This document shows, piece by piece, positions 60,720-64,000 of a stretch of 64,000 nt of DNA. A program made the translations under genes and the position numbers. Under the pieces are notes generated by a model. That model was not told the origin of the DNA. It did not search any database and saw only the letters and a list, made by a program, of their open reading frames with translations. Every line of letters starts with the position of its first letter. Positions within the stretch are counted from its first letter, which is position 1. The DNA comes from a virus (Duplodnaviria > Caudoviricetes): IMG/VR virus record IMGVR_UViG_2517572207_000003; one strand, 5' to 3'.

Positions 60720-61352
60720 CTAATTTACTTCTGGCATCCTCAGTCCAATTTCACCTTCCTTGTTTCGTCCCCGACCATAGTCGATGGTGACAAAATCCAA
60801 TGTACGGTTTGTCTTTAGGCTGTTTGCTATATTAACAATAACCCTACGTCGTTTATCTGCAAATGTAGTCGCTGAGATAGGAGGAATGTCCTTGCGATAA
60901 CCTTTTTCCAAATATTGTTGAGCTTTGAGATATTTCATACCATCCATAAATAACAGCTTTGCTATCAATCCCTCGTGCTTATCACGCATATTGTTTATTG
61001 CAAACTTAATGTTATTCGTAAGAAATTGATAGAATTTGTAATTCACATGGCGCTGGTCTTTGAGCAGAACGGCGTTAGCTGTCACATCTGCTGTCAGTTC
61101 TTGTCCAGAAACTCGCTTGGCAACCGAGCCTTCCGCAGAAAGTAGATCATATGCAGCCATTCCGTTTTCAATCTGCTGAAGAGCAAACTCATAGTTCTTG
61201 ATCACGTCTACCATATCGGTATACTTACCAAGTAGCCATTTTGTTTTACGGATATCTTCTTGTTCTAACTCATCAAAAAAGTTAATTTGAATAATTTTTA
61301 TATTATCTTCCGTTTCTTCTTTTAACAACAATATAGAGTTGGTTGAAGTCAT
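60720..61352 (-). CDS. late transcriptional regulator (ArpU/RinA-like position)
   Basis: last early gene before packaging genes; C-terminal sigma4-like HTH (ISATTF..KRR). Confidence 0.6.
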   Translation of the reverse strand: MTSTNSILLLKEETEDNIKIIQINFFDELEQEDIRKTKWLLGKYTDMVDVIKNYEFALQQIENGMAAYDLLSAEGSVAKRVSGQELTADVTANAVLLKDQRHVNYKFYQFLTNNIKFAINNMRDKHEGLIAKLLFMDGMKYLKAQQYLEKGYRKDIPPISATTFADKRRRVIVNIANSLKTNRTLDFVTIDYGRGRNKEGEIGLRMPEVN

Positions 61353-61467
61353 AAATACACCCCTTATTAATATTAATTGTTAATATATGTCGGAAAATTA
61401 GACATCATTTAAACTGTGTAATATTGTAGGGAGGAATAAAAAAATATAAACACAGGGAGCGATCAGT

Positions 61468-62145
61468 TTGTCTTCAAATCCAGCTATTGAATTTATTAAA
61501 AACGCACACGTATTAGAACACTATTTCAAGAAAAATCTATCGATCTCAAGGGTAATGATCAGAACTGAATCTCTCATTTTTCTTTTAGCATCAGTAATCT
61601 CAGTTCTGGTAACAGCAATATGTTCCTATTTTACAGACAGCAAAATTTCATTCATGTTTGTTTTATTATTTGGTGGTTTAACTATTTTCCTTGTAAATCG
61701 ATCAGTTCGAAGCTCTCATAAATTTGTCTTTGAAAAATATCCCCGTTTTAGAGCAATTATTAATAATCGAATATTTGTTTTCAACTATGACACAAATTTT
61801 TTGTTTGCCTTTAGATGTGACAAAATAAAAAGAAAAGTTCGCAATTTAGGATTTCAATCTGCTCAGATTGACCTACTGATCGAATATTACACAAGTAAAA
61901 GCGCAGCTATTAAAATTAATCGTTGGTGGCCAATACCTCTTATTGGTCTGATACTTTTCCCTTTATGGAGTGAGTATGTTGGAAATGGAATTAGCTCGAC
62001 TCCTTTCTCGGTTTTGCTTATTCTAGCAATAATTTTGATATTTTTAACTTTATATATTAACTTTACATTAAAGACTTTCTTACTTTTGAAAGCCAACAGG
62101 TACGATGAACTTGTAAATATATTAAAAACTATAAAAACACTGTAG
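61468..62145 (+). CDS. membrane hypothetical protein (moron)
   Basis: 4 TM segments, AT-rich, opposite strand. Confidence 0.65.
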   Translation: MSSNPAIEFIKNAHVLEHYFKKNLSISRVMIRTESLIFLLASVISVLVTAICSYFTDSKISFMFVLLFGGLTIFLVNRSVRSSHKFVFEKYPRFRAIINNRIFVFNYDTNFLFAFRCDKIKRKVRNLGFQSAQIDLLIEYYTSKSAAIKINRWWPIPLIGLILFPLWSEYVGNGISSTPFSVLLILAIILIFLTLYINFTLKTFLLLKANRYDELVNILKTIKTL

Positions 62146-62471
62146 TCATTAGACTATTTTTACTCTTTACTCCCTTTTCGGAGCTTGGATTGTCGCATTA
62201 GTTAAACCTATTACTCATGCAAAACTATACTTCATCATTAATTTCATAATGCGCCGTTTCTGGCGGCAGGTCTGTCTTGCAGTTGTAGCAAACTCTTGCC
62301 TTAACGTTGCTATCGACAATATGGGGGGCCACTATCTGCCCCTGAATTGGTTTAATCATCACAAGTGTCGATTTAAAACTTCGTCTCTCATATTGTCTAC
62401 AACTTCATTTAACATATTGTTAACCTCTATTAGATCTGATAAAATTAAATTCAAAAAATTAGGAGAACAAC

Positions 62472-62672
62472 ATGGACTTTTTAACAGTACTTCTCATGTG
62501 TATTCCGCTTTATGCTGCATTCAGAGCTTTTATAATCACTCGTGATCCAGAAGCAAAAAAAAGAATCCCAAAAACGACACTAAAAGCTCTAACTTTTTTT
62601 GCTTACTTTATATTTATCGTTTTGGGATTTTTTATAATTACAGAAGCTATAGAATACCTCTCTCAGTTATAA
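62472..62672 (+). CDS. small 2-TM protein
   Basis: RBS AGGAG. Confidence 0.6.
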   Translation: MDFLTVLLMCIPLYAAFRAFIITRDPEAKKRIPKTTLKALTFFAYFIFIVLGFFIITEAIEYLSQL

Positions 62673-62737
62673 TTGAATTGGTAGTTGCAAGTAGTTTTAT
62701 AAATCTGAAGGGATTTAGAGTACGGGGGTAAAGGCTG

Positions 62738-62938
62738 CTATGCCTCAACCCTCCTCAAATATTTCGTAGCAAATCCTCCGATGTACCCTTCAAGCCGCAC
62801 AACCTCCGAACCGCACAAGTCCCAAGGCTCTGATTTTACTGTCCATACCTTATCCTTGTACTTCTCCTTACGGGCCTCATAGCAACCGTGCATTACAACC
62901 TGATCGCCTTTTTGTAGCTTATATGTCCGTTCATTCAC
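62738..62938 (-). CDS. phage hypothetical protein
   Basis: coupled to YopX stop; RBS GGAGG. Confidence 0.7.
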   Translation of the reverse strand: MNERTYKLQKGDQVVMHGCYEARKEKYKDKVWTVKSEPWDLCGSEVVRLEGYIGGFATKYLRRVEA

Positions 62939-63371
62939 CTTTACCGCCTCCTTGGGGCTGTAGCAGCTCCGGGTTATCGTGTATGTTGCCTATTACCTCA
63001 GACTCCCTCTCCAGATACTCCCAATCGTCGTAAGCAATATCTCCGCCTATCAGAAAGCTTCCATTCTCGTAACTGACTTGAGCAAAATTATATGTTGGTT
63101 CCGTATTTTCAGGTGTTTCGTAAAAATTAGGGATTTTCAGAACATCACCATCGTAGATTTCCTCCCCATTCTTATCCGCCGAACCCGTGAACCTTAACCA
63201 GACTACATCCATTTCCCAATCCCAACCGTCTTCGTCTTGACGAGAAGTGTCTGTCAAGAATAATGCTCCTTTTGAAGCGATTTCTATTTCAAAGTTGTCA
63301 TCCAACTCAGGACCGAGCATCACTTTATCTTCTTTATCCCACCATTTGAACTTAATTTTTGTATCACTCAT
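62931..63371 (-). CDS. YopX-family protein
   Basis: IKFKWWD, FTG..DKNG.EIY.GD, EVIGNIHDNPELL. Confidence 0.9.
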   Translation of the reverse strand: MSDTKIKFKWWDKEDKVMLGPELDDNFEIEIASKGALFLTDTSRQDEDGWDWEMDVVWLRFTGSADKNGEEIYDGDVLKIPNFYETPENTEPTYNFAQVSYENGSFLIGGDIAYDDWEYLERESEVIGNIHDNPELLQPQGGGKGE

Positions 63372-63438
63372 TTATCCATTCACTCTCCTTGAAGGTGGTA
63401 TATAGGGGTATAGGGTAAGAGGCCAGAAGGCCCCCTGT

Positions 63439-63567
63439 TTAAGCGTTGTATGGCAACTCCGTAACCTCTGCTTCACAATCTTCATCTGTCATGGTAGCAA
63501 GCAGGCTTTCTTCGTATCCGATCTCACGCAGCAGTTTACGGTCATTGGTTTCAGTGTTCATTTTCAT
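63439..63567 (-). CDS. small phage hypothetical protein
   Basis: MKMNTETNDRKLLREIGYEESLLATMTDEDCEAEVTELPYNA; RBS AAGGAG. Confidence 0.55.
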   Translation of the reverse strand: MKMNTETNDRKLLREIGYEESLLATMTDEDCEAEVTELPYNA

Positions 63568-63609
63568 TCGCTCCTTTGATATTTATATTGGGTATAGGGT
63601 AAGAGGCTG

Positions 63610-63933
63610 TTATGCCTCCATAATTGCAATTTCTCTTTCATAGCGTTCCCAGTCATCTTCATCGAAACAATTCTTGTAATCCGACAATTCATTGCCGAAA
63701 TACCCTATAACATCGTTAATTTCAATGCAGACGGAAGTCGGGCAAATCTTTGCATCATAGCCGCCTTCACATAAAAAATCATATCCCATCAAGTCTACAA
63801 AACCAGCAACGTCACTGTAGTCTAAATGAACATATGCGAATACTGTTTGGTTTTTTTCAAAGTTTTGCGTGTACAGTCCAGTTTCACGCTCTCTCAAAAG
63901 ATCATATAAATCCGGGTTCACTTGTCTGGACAT
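63610..63933 (-). CDS. phage hypothetical protein
   Basis: RBS AAGGAG; acidic 107 aa. Confidence 0.7.
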   Translation of the reverse strand: MSRQVNPDLYDLLRERETGLYTQNFEKNQTVFAYVHLDYSDVAGFVDLMGYDFLCEGGYDAKICPTSVCIEINDVIGYFGNELSDYKNCFDEDDWERYEREIAIMEA

Positions 63934-64000
63934 GTATATCTCTCCTTTATAGGTAGTAGGGGGAAACTATTTAATGTGAATTTCGCGCGGCTTATCCCCT

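Larger units (their letters stand above)
21550..64000 (-). mobile_element. siphovirus-type prophage (continues beyond window)
   Basis: ordered terminase-portal-protease-capsid-tail-lysis modules, 1804-aa tape measure, no sheath. Confidence 0.93.

Overview
Low-GC Firmicute chromosome; the gene content resembles Paenibacillus (inference). Positions ~21,550-64,000 hold an apparently largely intact siphovirus-type prophage on the minus strand that continues past the right edge. Its left att copy is a duplicated 3' end of glnA. From right to left it carries early genes, a late regulator, terminase, portal, capsid, tail, lysis genes, a moron region, HicAB, an SOS/YolD module and a kinase-less agr-like peptide system. 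Positions 1-21,500 are a scrambled remnant of related prophage(s) with two IS3 elements, a Tn554-like remnant, an IS-disrupted RRNPP (Alo-like) receptor/peptide pair and a split SLATT-TIR locus. The most striking signal is ~12 copies of an 11-6/7-11 bp palindrome (ATTGAACTAAC-N6/7-GTTAGTTCAAT). These copies bracket single accessory genes (lsa-type ABC-F, MFS, hydrolase, NUDIX) and are oriented with them, and two homologous phage loci differ only in the cargo between the sites. This suggests an integron-like cassette system. Also notable are a terminase small subunit containing an FtsK/SpoIIIE gamma domain and a predicted +1 frameshift in the tail chaperone. All family assignments come from motif recognition by eye; no database searches were run.
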